Positions 35,331 through 47,039 of a stretch of 64,000 nt of DNA are shown piece after piece. Origin of the DNA: Octopus sinensis. Its lineage: Eukaryota. The stretch lies in assembly GCF_006345805.1 (NCBI RefSeq), contig NC_043002.1, positions 97,650,001 through 97,714,000 of the forward strand, given 5' to 3'. The position numbers were made by a program, and so were the translations under genes. The notes under the pieces are model-generated. The model was not told the origin of the DNA, did not search any database, and saw nothing but the letters and a program-made list of their open reading frames with translations. The first letter of the stretch is position 1; the number at the start of each line of letters is the position of its first letter.

Positions 35331-36199
35331 ATATATATATATTATATATATATATATATGTATGTATGTATGTATATACGGCTGGCTTCTTTCAGTTTCT
35401 GTCAACCAAATCCATTCACAAAGTTTTGGTCAGCCTGTAGCTGTAGTAGAACACACTTGCCCCGGAATGCCAAGCAGTGGGACTGAACTCTGAATTATAT
35501 GATTGGGAAGCAGGTTTCTTACCACTCAGCCACACCTGCTATTTGGTGCGGTGGAGATGACTCCATCAAAGCACCAGGGGTTAGAACACCTGAACATCAT
35601 AGACAGGCGTGACAACTTACCCCAAATCCCATTCATGAGCGATGGACATCGACGTTTCGCCATTTTTGTGGCTTATCAAAATCACATACTTGAACCAAAT
35701 TAATGTTCATAATTAATTTTCTTCGCTATAAGGTTTTCGACCCTGAAAGGATGAAAAGTAAAGTCAACCTTGGGGGAATTTGATCTCAGAACGTAAAGAC
35801 AAAAGAAATGTCATGAAGCGTTTTGCTCGACATGCCAGATTCTCTCCAGCTCTCTGTTTCCCCTCTGGAAGTGCTGGCTGGAAGTGGTGGAAACACTGTT
35901 GTCCGGAGCAAAACGCAAACAAGCACTGATTACTTTCTGTTTGAAAAGAGCAGAGCATGCCTAGTGACTAGGTTTCTTTTGTGGCCTGTTGCATCTTGTA
36001 GAAGCACCAAGGTTGGAGGGATGGCAGGAGTTTTGTCTGCTGTGTCCGCTCAGCTGTTCTTCAAATCTACATTGACCATTTTAAAGTGATTTGAGAAAAC
36101 ACATGGCTCTGGGACAACTGACCAGCCAACTCCAAGCTATCAGCAGTACTTTACTGAACTGTTCATGAGAAGCAATTGACTGAAGATGATAGACTTCAG

Positions 36200-36560
36200 T
36201 ACTTATTCAGACGATCTACCACAACTTCTAACTGAAGATGGAGAGTGCTGTGAAAAACCAGTTTCAGTAGATGAAGTAGTGGATTTGATAGGCGACTGTT
36301 GAATAGAAAAATCACCAGGGTTGGGCTATGCTTCCTATGAAACTTAATGTTAAATATCAGATTTATTCACTACTTCTTTAGCAGCTGATAATTGCAACTA
36401 AGAGCATTCTTAGTAGACTGGGAACATTTCAGTCGTACGAGTCAAAGTATCTCTACAAGAGTCAAAGAGCAGTGACATAACTGAGGAAAAACTAGACCAA
36501 GGAGGAACATTATAGACAACTCCGAGTCCATAAATTTGTTCAGCCTAAAGACTTTTGCAT
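36200..36560 (+). mobile_element. Decayed L1/Tx1-like ORF2 fragment
   Basis: YSDDLPQLLTEDGECCEKPVSVDEVVDLI...KSPGLG resembles LPxLS..LE.PIT..EV..AL...KSPGxDG; many stops. Confidence 0.55.
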
Positions 36561-36564
36561 AGGT

Positions 36565-36810
36565 GGTCGTCGTCATCGTTTAACGTCCACTCTCCATGCT
36601 AGCATGGGTTGGACAATTTGACTGAGGACTGGCAAACCAGATGGCTGCACCAGGCTCCAATCTTGATCTGGCAGTTTCTACAGCTGGATGCCCTTCCTAA
36701 TGCCAACCACTCCAAGAGTGTAGTGGGTGCTTTTACATACCACCTGAACAGGAGCCAGTCCAGCGGCACTGGCAACGACCTTACTTGAATGGTTTTTCAT
36801 GTGCCACCAT
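36565..36810 (-). mobile_element. 5'-truncated RTE 3' UTR
   Basis: Matches 47055-47290 (GTTTAACGTCCAC...GCACTGGCAACGACC). Confidence 0.85.
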
Positions 36811-36819
36811 TATTATTAA

Positions 36820-37239
36820 CACGAGCTGGCAGAATCATTAGCACCCTCGGCAGCTTTTCGTCTGTCCTTATATTCTGAGTTCAAATCTTACCGAGGTAGA
36901 CTTTGCCTTTCATCCTTTCGATCCTTTTGAAATAAGTACCAGTTGAGCACTGGGGCGGGGGGGGGGGTGATATTATTGACTTACCCCCTCCCCAAAACTT
37001 GCTGGCCTTGTGCCAAAATTTGAAACCAAGGGTGTTGAACTGGCAGAATCATTAGAACGTCGGGCAAAATGCCAAGCGGAATTATGTCTGCCTTCAGGTT
37101 CTGAGTTCAAATTCTGTCGAGGTGGACTTTGCCTTTCATCCTTTCAGAGTCAATGAAAAAGTACCAGTCAAGTACTGGGTCTATGTAATTGACTTACCCT
37201 GCCCTTAAAATTTCAGGCCTTGTGCCTATAGTAGAAAGA

Positions 37240-37296
<57 letters not shown>

Positions 37297-37830
37297 TTTA
37301 ATGAAGGTACATGGCCTAGTGGTTAGGGTTTTGCGCTAACGATCTACAGATTATGATTTCAATTCCTGGACGGAGTGGTGCGTTGTGTTCTTGAGGAAAA
37401 CGCTTCATCTCATGTTGCTCTGGGATCACTTTGACATCTGATGCGAGGTACACTTGTGCACTTGTTCAGACAACATCAATTTGATGGAGAGAATGAGCTA
37501 ATGTACAGCAGGTACATTCATCCCTATAAACAAATCATTTGCGCAAGTTTTTCGCTGAGGGTTGAATGCTTTTACGTCATCTTCGACGGGAGAGTCCATC
37601 ATCATTATTATCAGTATTAAGACGGCGAGCTGGCAGAATCATTAGCCAGACGAAATGCTTAGCAGTATTTCGCCCATCGCTACATTCTGAATCCAAATTC
37701 TGCCAATGTCAGTTTTGCCTTTCATCCTTTCGGGGTCGATAAATTAAGTACCAGTGAAATACTCAGGGTCAATGTAATCAACTAGACCCCTCCCACCAGA
37801 TCAGAGGCCTTGTGCCTCCAGGAGAAAGGA
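36820..37830 (+). mobile_element. SINE cluster: C, C, D-variant (37307-37600), C
   Basis: Family cores recognisable; separated by (TTA)n. Confidence 0.75.
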
Positions 37831-37946
37831 TTATTATTATTATTATTATTATTAATAATAATATTATTATCATCATCAACATCATCATTACTATCATTAT
37901 GATCATTACTATTATTATTATTATTATTATTGTTATTATTATTATT

Positions 37947-38285
37947 GCCTTTGCATAGCTTCTAACACTGGATATGTACTACGGTGTCAGCTGTTCACTG
38001 CCAGTAAACTAAGGTAACACCTCTTATTTTTAGAGCACTTTCTAGAGTATTCGAGCGATTCCAAACAGTGCTGTTTTGTGCAAGTACTCCACTCTTATTG
38101 CAGCCCCTATTCGTTCCACGTACTTCTCAAGATTTTTGCTCACTGTTCCCAGGGCTGTGACAATTATTGGTACTACTGCTACCTTTTTCATCGACCACAA
38201 CTGCTTAACTTCCCAAACTAAGCTTTCATATCTCCTCTACTTTTCTTTCTTCCCAAGCTAACCTGTGATATCTCTTGACTTTTAT
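37947..38285 (-). mobile_element. R4/Dong-like LINE 3' end in (TAA)n
   Basis: Minus-strand ALFGIARIL*KVL* plus ~85-nt 3' UTR shared with the copy at 41957; ends in a TAA array. Confidence 0.8.
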
Positions 38286-38288
38286 TTC

Positions 38289-38323
<35 letters not shown>

Positions 38324-38324
38324 T

Positions 38325-38870
38325 GAGTGAGAGAGCAGTTCATGCCATCAAAGTGACACTGGGGTAAAATATATGAAGCCCAATATACCCATCATGACTA
38401 CCCGTCTGATAAAGGTACACCAGGCACATGCATCACAACCATATGTGCGCGACATGTGATCTCATATCAAGATAAACAGCACATGACCTTGCAGGTGGGG
38501 CCCAGTTAGAATTTTTCTTCATTGAGTAGCCCATCCTGCTCAAACGGTCCCTGAATAAGGGTTGCTTTAGGATGTTGAACGAAACACCTATGTTTTCCAA
38601 GGTAACCATTCAAACTCCAAAGAATCCCTCTCAAACATGGCCATGAGCTCCCCTCTACTTCTCTGCTCGTGATCAGAGATGCACATATCGTCAGCCACTA
38701 AGGGACATGCTCAACTGGTTAAGGTCAAACAACTGACAAGCAATCTGTGGTATTGAGCAGAATATTTGCTGTAGCCCATCTTTTATACCAAGACAAAACA
38801 ATGTACATGATAACACTTCCAATCAGTTAAGATCAAAGCCATGAAGCCACTGCCTGGTACTACATCAGGC
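38325..38870 (-). mobile_element. 550-bp non-coding element embedded in (AAT)n (family E)
   Basis: Homologous to 52912-53465 and 41003-41538; (ATT)n on both sides. Confidence 0.85.
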
Positions 38871-38922
38871 ATTATTATTATTATTATTATTATTACTACT
38901 ACTACTATTATTATTATAATTA

Positions 38923-39817
38923 CTAGCTAAAGGTGACCCGCTTTACGTGCGGGTAAGAGTGTGATTGTTACTTTCTGTTGCTTCCTTTCTGTTTTTATCA
39001 CCACATTCTCCCTCTTTGTTTCTCTCTCCTTTCTCTATCACTTTCCCACTCTCTTACTCTTCCTTTCTCTCGGACTCTACATCACTTTCTCTTACTCTCT
39101 ATCTTTCTCTATCTATCTCTCTCCCCTTTATAAACAACAAAAGATCTTGAGTAAGTTGAGAAAGAAAATATTTTGAAAGATCAATCATAAATATCAGGCA
39201 GTGACAACAGAAAGGTCTGCTTCAAGGCAGACAGCAAAACACTAACATTTAAAAGGGACAGACGAACTTGCGAGCTGAATAAAAATAAAAAAATATTGGA
39301 AACCAAAGTTTGAAGGGATAGAATTTGAGGATAGTAGAGTCACCATGGCTGGCATTTCTTAACGACAGACAGCAAGATAGTGGCAGTTTAATGGCTGGCG
39401 TAAAATTTTGAACTTGATGTAAAAGAAAATTCATAAACACCAAGTTTTGAAGTGATTCTTTCTCACGACAGTAGACTCACCATGGCAAGCATTCAAAACT
39501 TCTTCACCATGGACGGCAACACATTAACGATTTAAAGGCTGGAGCAAATTTTTTAGCTTGATGCAACAGAGAATTCCTAAACAACCGCTCCTGTAAATTT
39601 TAATCCCCTTCCAGCCCCATTTAGACCCCTTTTTACATTTTGGTTAATATAATCCGATTTCATTCGGGTCTACTCGGGCCACATTTTATAAGATGAGGAA
39701 GTTTGTCCTACAAGTCAACCCTTTCATTTAAGGGAAAAAATAGTTGTCATGCAAACTCGCCAACACTTTTAACATAGGTGTGCATATTTTCAGCTCAACC
39801 GACCACATAATGCACAC

Positions 39818-39856
<39 letters not shown>

Positions 39857-40498
39857 GCATTATATATATATATGTGTGTGTGTATGCATTATATATACAA
39901 ATGTATACAAATTATACATACATATATATATATATACACACATATATATATATAAATACAGATATATACACTTTGTATATATACATTATATATACATATT
40001 TATATATAGAACACACACACACACAGACACATATATAAATTAACCCAATAAATATCTGATTCATAATATTTGTTCTCATGATTGTGTGGTGGTGGTGGTG
40101 GTGATGATAATTCTCTCTGTGAATGCAGACAGATGTAGAGAGAGAGGATGTGGGATGAAGGGTGACAGCGCTGGCGAAAGCGACGGGGGAAGATAGTAGA
40201 CGCTGTCAAACGAAGTTATAGAGAGAATGTGAAAGGAAGGGAGGAAAGAGAGAGACGGAGGAAGACAGGCAGATAAGAGAATGAGAGAAGACTTGTCAAA
40301 GTGTGTGTTTTTTGCCCTAGTAACCATACCTTTTAAGATAGGGATTTCTAACTTAGCCCACTCACATCCTCACCTCATTTTACATGTCCCTGTAAATTTG
40401 GGAGTCAATCCGACGGGATCTAGTTACCTTTAACCCGTTCCAATACCAAAACCAGATAAACAAACAAACTTTCTCATTTCAGAATTATAATATAGAGA
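38923..40498 (-). mobile_element. Helitron-like element(s), possibly composite
   Basis: CTAG|T end at 38923 with hairpin CCCGC-tttacgt-GCGGG; A|TC end at 40498; interior rich in microsatellites. Confidence 0.55.
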
Positions 40499-40529
<31 letters not shown>

Positions 40530-40620
40530 TATTATTATTACTATTATTATTACTATTATTATTATTATTATTATTATTATTACAATTATTATTATTATTA
40601 TTACAATTATTATTATTACA

Positions 40621-40661
<41 letters not shown>

Positions 40662-40741
40662 AATTATTATTATTATTATTATTATCATTATTACTATTAT
40701 TATTATTATTATTATTATCATTATTACTATTATTATTATTA

Positions 40742-40793
<52 letters not shown>

Positions 40794-40803
40794 TATTATT
40801 ATT
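40499..40803. repeat. (TAT)n microsatellite, about 300 bp
   Basis: Visible directly. Confidence 0.97.
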
Positions 40804-41002
40804 AAGGCAGCGAGCTGGCAGAATCACTAGCGCACCTGGCAAAATGCTTAGTGACATTTCAACCAGCCCCTTCCTCAAATTTCAAGCCTTGTAGCTGTTG
40901 TAGATTATTATTATTAGGCGGCGGCAAGCAGGTGAAATTATTAGCATGAGAGGCAAAATGTTTAGCAGCATTTTGTCCATTATTACGTTCTGAGTTGAAA
41001 TT

Positions 41003-41538
41003 CCATCAAAGTGACACTGGGGTAAAATATATGAAGCCCAGTATACCCATCATGACTACCCGTCTGATAAGGGTACACTAGGCACATGCATCACAACCAT
41101 ATGTACGCGATATGATGATCTCATATCAAGATAAACAGTGCATGACCTTGCAAGTAGGGCCCATTTAGAATTTTCTTCTGGTCGAGTAGCCCATTCTGCT
41201 CAAAAGGTCCCTGAATAAGGATTGTTTAAGGATGTTGAACAAATCACCCATGTTTCCAAAAGTGAATTATCCAAACCTCTAAGAATTCCTCTCAACACAC
41301 GGCTATGATGCTCCCCCCACTACTTCTGCTCGTGATAAGGGATGCACATATCGTTGGCCACTAAAGGACATGCTCAACTGGTTACGGTCAAACAACTGAC
41401 AAGTAAATCTGTGGCATTGAGCAGAATATTTGCTATAGCCCATGTTTTATACCAAGACCAAAACAATGTACATGATAATACTTCCAATCAGTTAAGATCA
41501 GGAGCCATGAGAGCCACTGCCTGGTACTGCATCAGGGC
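41003..41538 (-). mobile_element. Family E element, 3' end clipped
   Basis: Homologous to 52912-53465; followed by (ATT)n. Confidence 0.85.
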
Positions 41539-41539
41539 A

Positions 41540-41585
<46 letters not shown>

Positions 41586-41900
41586 TGTAGTCTTATCTTT
41601 ATTACGCACGTTCACTGCACTACTGAGCAGAGCTGTTTGTGCCTTAGGTTTGTACTGTGGGTTGTTGTGGTGCTCTTATTTTTACTGTATTGAAAGTGTT
41701 TTACGTAGGATGTGTGCAATACCTAGTAGTGTTATTTCCTGTATGTTATATACATTTGTAAGTCCTGGTGTTTTGGTTACGTAGTTGTCTGAATGTTTTT
41801 TTTTTATCATACCTAATGCACCTGTTATAATAGGAATTGCTTTTGCTTTTAGGTTCCACATTTGAGTTACTTCTATTTCCAGCTCTTTGTATTTGGAGAG

Positions 41901-41951
<51 letters not shown>

Positions 41952-41956
41952 TTATT

Positions 41957-43060
41957 GTCTTTGCACAGCTTCTAAGGCTGGATATGTACTACGGTGTCAG
42001 CTGTTCAATACCAGTGGACTAAGGTAACACCCTTTATTTTTCGACCACCACCCGGAGTATTCAAGCAGTTCCAAGCAGTGCTCTTTTCTGCAAGGGCTCC
42101 ACCCATATTGCAACCCCGTTCCATGCACTTCTCGAGATTTTTACTCATTGTTCCCAGGACTCCGACAATTATTGGTACTACTGCCAGCTTTCTCAGTGTT
42201 CACAACTGCTTAACCCACCAAGCTAACCTGTCATGTCTTTCTTCCTTATCGCATACCTTGTTGTCAGCTGGGCATGCTATATCTATGATCCAGCATCATT
42301 TCCTTCCTTTCTCAATTAACGCTATGTCTGACTTCCTAATCTCTATCTGATGGTCACACTGAAACGCAAAATCCCATAGGATCTTTGCATTATCATTTTC
42401 AATGATGTCTTCGGGTTTATGTTCGTACCACTTCTTTGCTCTGTCAAGTCCATACTTGTTGCAAAGTGTCCAATGGACAATCCTTGTTATATTGTCATAA
42501 CATCTCTTATATTCTTTCCGGGTTAGTAGCATATATTGACTGGTAATATGCCATACAGTTTCACTGTTTTGTCTTCAAATTATGCACTTATCACTTTCTG
42601 ATGTGTTGTCCATTATTTATTTGATGTAATTGGTTCTTAATGCTTGCTCTTGGGCAGCACAGATTAGAGCCTCCGTTTCTGGTTTTGAATTACCTTTAGT
42701 CATCCATAGCCATCGTTTTTCTCTGTGTGTCTTATATTCAACATCCCTATGAAACTGTCCATGCATTCTTTTCTCTGTCCCCTATTTTCAGTTTCATTCA
42801 TTCTCAAGTACTAGTACAGTGCTTTATCTTTGCAATCTTCCATCCTACAAAAGCCTAATCTTCTTACTTCCAATAATAGCGGTTCTGTGGCATTTTTTCC
42901 ATAACATGCTATGTTGTTTTCTTCTGCTCTAATGCTGTGTTCGCATCCAATCAGTCCTCTTCCCCCTCTTTTTCTTGGTACATACTGTCTGTTTGTGTCA
43001 CTTTTGGGATGATCCAGCCTCGGGCAACAACTTGAGATAGGCGTCATCAAACTCTAAACT
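41957..43060 (-). mobile_element. R4/Dong-like LINE 3' fragment (RT thumb, CCHC region, restriction-like endonuclease)
   Basis: HPKSDTNRQYVPRKRGGRGL; YKRCYDNITRIVHWTLC...ILWDFAFQCDHQIEIRKSDIALIEK; C-terminus ALLGTA*ILRVV; ends in (TAA)n. Confidence 0.88.
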
Positions 43061-43179
43061 CTTCCATTTCACCATGTCTGACTCATAAAGAGGTGTAGCT
43101 CACCATTGTAAGCAGCTAGGGGTACAAAATATAAGATATGATGACTGCTCAAAGAAATGATATAACATAAGGAACTTAC

Positions 43180-43339
43180 CGATAACAAATCCATTCGGAC
43201 CAAAAAGAAACCCACCAAGCAGTGTTATAACCACAGTAAATAAGTAACCTTTCAAGTTGTTCTTTGTTTCGATTGACAGTTTCTCATGTTCACATATAGT
43301 GTAAACACTTCGTAAAACCTCCTGCTCAGAAAGTACCAT
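43180..43339 (-). CDS. C19orf12: C19orf12/Nazo-like protein, first coding exon
   Basis: Acceptor ttttttctaactctaatacag|TT ATG; MVLSEQEVLRSVYTICEHEKLSIETKNNLKGYLFTVVITLLGGFLFGPNGFVI(G); donor ATCG|GTAAGT in phase 1; glycine zipper GGxxxGPxGxxxGGxxGG completed by exon 29716-29460; 138 aa total. Confidence 0.88.
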
Positions 43340-44226
43340 AACTGTATTAGAGTTAGAAAAAATACAAAACATTTAACAAATTTTCATATAGATTTTTCTT
43401 TTATTCATTAATTTGTTCCAGTCATTGGACTGTGGCCATGCTGGAGCACAGACTTTAGTTGAACAAATCGACCCCAGGATGTATTCTTTGTAAGCCTAGT
43501 ACTTATTCTATCGGTCTCTCTTTTGCTGAACCGCTAAGTTACAGAGGCATAAACACACCAAAATCGATTGTTGAGCGATGGTGGGGGAACAAACATACAA
43601 ACATACACACACACATATATATATCAAAATAAGCAACAAGGATATCCAGAGTTAATGCAGTACGATCGTTTCATGCAACTCCATTTAATTGAACAATGCA
43701 ATCATTGCATTACATCAATTTAAAACGTAAAGCAATCTTCAGCTGCACAAAGACATAAAATTTAATGAAATTAGAAGGACACATTAGTATCATTTTACCC
43801 CAAATCTCCAAGAGGATAAGAAGATAGACAAAGAACATGTTTTACCAACAACATCATAGTTGTAACTAAAAAATTTTTCAAGAAGACACTGCTTTTCACT
43901 GATTTTTTCAGTTATTTATTTTATATTTTTTAGTTACGAGGAGGGAGGCAGTTTTTATTTTATAGACTAGTTTATCAAATCCTTTGTATATTTAAGCTGG
44001 GACAAGTATCTGTTTGGGGTAGAGTTGGTGGAATAGACAGACATTCTAAATGGCATAGTCATAAATAAAGATTTATTTGAAGCAATGTCATGAGGTTTAA
44101 TAAAAGAATACTTCAAACAAGATGTTGGCTGCTATTAAGCAGACCAATGCTAATGGGACAGGAGAAGTCATATCATGTACTACTACAGTTAACTACTATA
44201 AAACAATGCTGCTATATTTATATATA

Positions 44227-44391
44227 GGCGCAGGAGTGGCTGTGTGGTAAGTAGCTTGCTAACCAACCACATGGTTGCGGGTTCAGTCTCACTGCGTGGC
44301 ATCTTGGGCAAGTGTCTTCTGCTATAGCCCCGGGCCGACCAATGCCTTGTGAGTGGATTTGGTAGACGGAAACTGAAAGAAGCCTGTCGTA

Positions 44392-44450
<59 letters not shown>

Positions 44451-44653
44451 TTGTGTGTCTGTGTTTGTCCCACTAGCATTGCTTGACAACCGATGCTGGT
44501 AAGTTTACGTCCCCGTCACTTAGCGGTTCGGCAAAAGAGACCGATAGAATAAGTACTAGGCTTACAAAGAATAAGTCCCGGGGTCGATTTGCTCGACTAA
44601 AAGGCAGTGCTCCAGCATGGCCGCAGTCAAATGACTGAAACAAGTAAAAGAGA
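44227..44653 (+). mobile_element. SINE family B, full length
   Basis: Complete head, central microsatellite and tail. Confidence 0.92.
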
Positions 44654-44658
44654 GTATA

Positions 44659-44709
<51 letters not shown>

Positions 44710-44987
44710 AATAAAGTTTAGCGTTATTCCAAAGATTATAAAGAAGAATATTTATGAATACTTTTAGTATATATCAAATTTTACACAATAGAGGAAGGAA
44801 AAGAAAATATAGAAATAGTTCAATATTTATGCACTGAAAATACTAACTTAACATATGTCTTTGAATATTGGTTAAATGATATTTACTGGTATTAATAAAG
44901 GAAAATTAAGGTAAAAGAACAGGCTAATTATATATTAAAAGATTTTAATTTTATGTAGTGAATATATCAGCATAGCTTTATATGAGA

Positions 44988-45501
44988 CTAGCAGTATCGC
45001 CCGGCGTTGCTCGGGTTTGTAAGGGAAATAACTATATAAGCAATTTTAGAGAGTTACTTCCCTTATAGATGCCAATTCGGGCTTTCTTAGCCATTTCTGT
45101 TCTGGTGTCTTCAAGCCATGAAGTCGTTGTTCTAAAAGAACGCTGGTCTCCTTGACAACGCTTTACGACATTGATTTCCTTACACTCCCTTCCCCACAGC
45201 TTCACGAGGGAGGGAAGAAGGGGGAGCAGCAACACAGGTGCAGGCGTGACCATGGACGCCAACTCCGCCGCCATCGACACACGAAAAAATATGCATTAAA
45301 ATGGAATAAAAAATGATGTTAAATTATTTTTTAAATCGTAGACTCATCGTAGACGCGCGCTAATAGCCAGACGGGCTCGATATGAATCACGACTATAAGA
45401 TACCCGAATTTGGTTAAACTGCACCGCAAAATGTGGGAGTAGTTAGGAATCTAAATCGAAGGGGACAGACACTCACACAACTACAGTTTTATATATATAG
45501 A
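44988..45501 (-). mobile_element. Non-autonomous Helitron with a ~210-bp internal insert
   Basis: A|TC...CTAG|T; same family as 52085 and 63128; extra GC-rich segment at about 45070-45285. Confidence 0.85.
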
Positions 45502-47035
45502 TGTGTATGAAATTTATAGAGATACAAGACTTAGAATAATTTTATAAATAAATAAAAGCTAATTTTAAAATAAAATAAAATAAAATAATCAAGAGCAGAA
45601 CACCATAGAAAAGGGGTAAAATGGTTTACTTACTAATACTATGGTAAAGTATATTTATTTTGTTAACACCAATAGAGAAGATTTTTAGAAAAAAAGTTTA
45701 ATAATTCAAAATATTAGGCTAAAAATTATATTTACTTATTACGATAACATCTATAAAAGACTGATGTTTAATATCAGCTAAAGACATAATTAAGTTATGG
45801 AACAATTTTAATTTCAACTAATCTTTTTTATAAAATTAAGGGTTATATTATAGGTTTAAGAAGTTGTTATTATTACACCCTACATGATGTTTATATTTTC
45901 TAATTTGTACCTATTTAGAAAGGTTAACTATATAAAGATCTTTATACATACTAAGATCAGGAGGGTGGAGCTAGTTGAGAAAAAGAAAAATCAAGTAATT
46001 CCTTTAAAAAGATCATTTCAAACAATGTTATCATGCTGTATAAGGTTAAAAAGTATTTTTAGGGTAATCAAGAAGATTATTAAGAATGAGAATTTTAACA
46101 AACCACTTTTGAGTATATACCAAATTTTTTTACTACAATAGAGGGAGCAAAAAGAAAATTGCAGAGAAATAGATTACTCTTTACTCTTTTACTCGTTTCA
46201 GTCATTTGACTGCAGCCATGCTGGAGCACCGCCTTTAGTCGAGTAAATCGACCCCAGGACTTATTCTTTGTAAGCCTGGTACTTATTCTATCAATCTCTT
46301 TTGCTAAACCGCTAAGTTACAGGGATGTAAACACACCACCATCGGTTGTCAAGCAATGGTGGGGGGACAAACACAGACACACAAACATATACACACATAC
46401 ATATATATACATATATACGACGGGCTTCTTTCAGTTTCCTGTCTACCAAATCTACTCACAAGGCTTTGGTCAGCCCAAGGCTATAGTAGAAGACACTTGC
46501 CCATGGTGCCATGCAGTGGGAATGAACCCAGAACCATGTGGTTGGTAAGCAAGCTACTTACCACACAGCCACTCCTGCGCCTATATTAATATTTATATAC
46601 TTATTACTTATCTAAAATATTCACTTATAAAGTTTCTGTGGAGATTAATCAAATGGATTTAACTAATTAATATTTAATAAGGGTAACTGAGGCTAAAGAG
46701 CATGTCAACTATACACTGATTTAATTAAAGTTGAACTAATTGAAAGTCGTCGAGATACCAGTATTAACTTATATAAGCTGAGTGTTAATTAATAGGGGTA
46801 CAAGGATTATATTTATTTAAGGCTGTCATAAAAATAACAATAACAATAATAATAAAATGATCAGTTAGGGTAGAGCATCTTGGAAAAGGAATAAATAAAC
46901 TAGTCATTAACAACCATAATAAAAAATAAAATATTCCTACCTTATTAACCCTAACAGCAAGTTTATATAGAAAATATATAATAATTTACGAGCTAGAAAA
47001 TTAGTTTATTTAGTTTACTATAATCAGGGCTGAAA
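45502..47035 (+). mobile_element. Heavily decayed AT-rich element, possibly Penelope-like
   Basis: Weak GIY-YIG-like remnant (KY..G.SRRLLRMRI..H) near 46055-46110 after frameshifts; interrupted by SINE B. Confidence 0.3.
46170..46582 (-). mobile_element. SINE family B, full length
   Basis: Reverse complement of the family consensus. Confidence 0.9.
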
Positions 47036-47039
47036 CTCA

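Noticed and set aside
40474-40878. Poly-Asn and poly-Ile ORFs, plus the many YIYI, HTHT and CVCV ORFs
   Set aside because: Translations of microsatellites.
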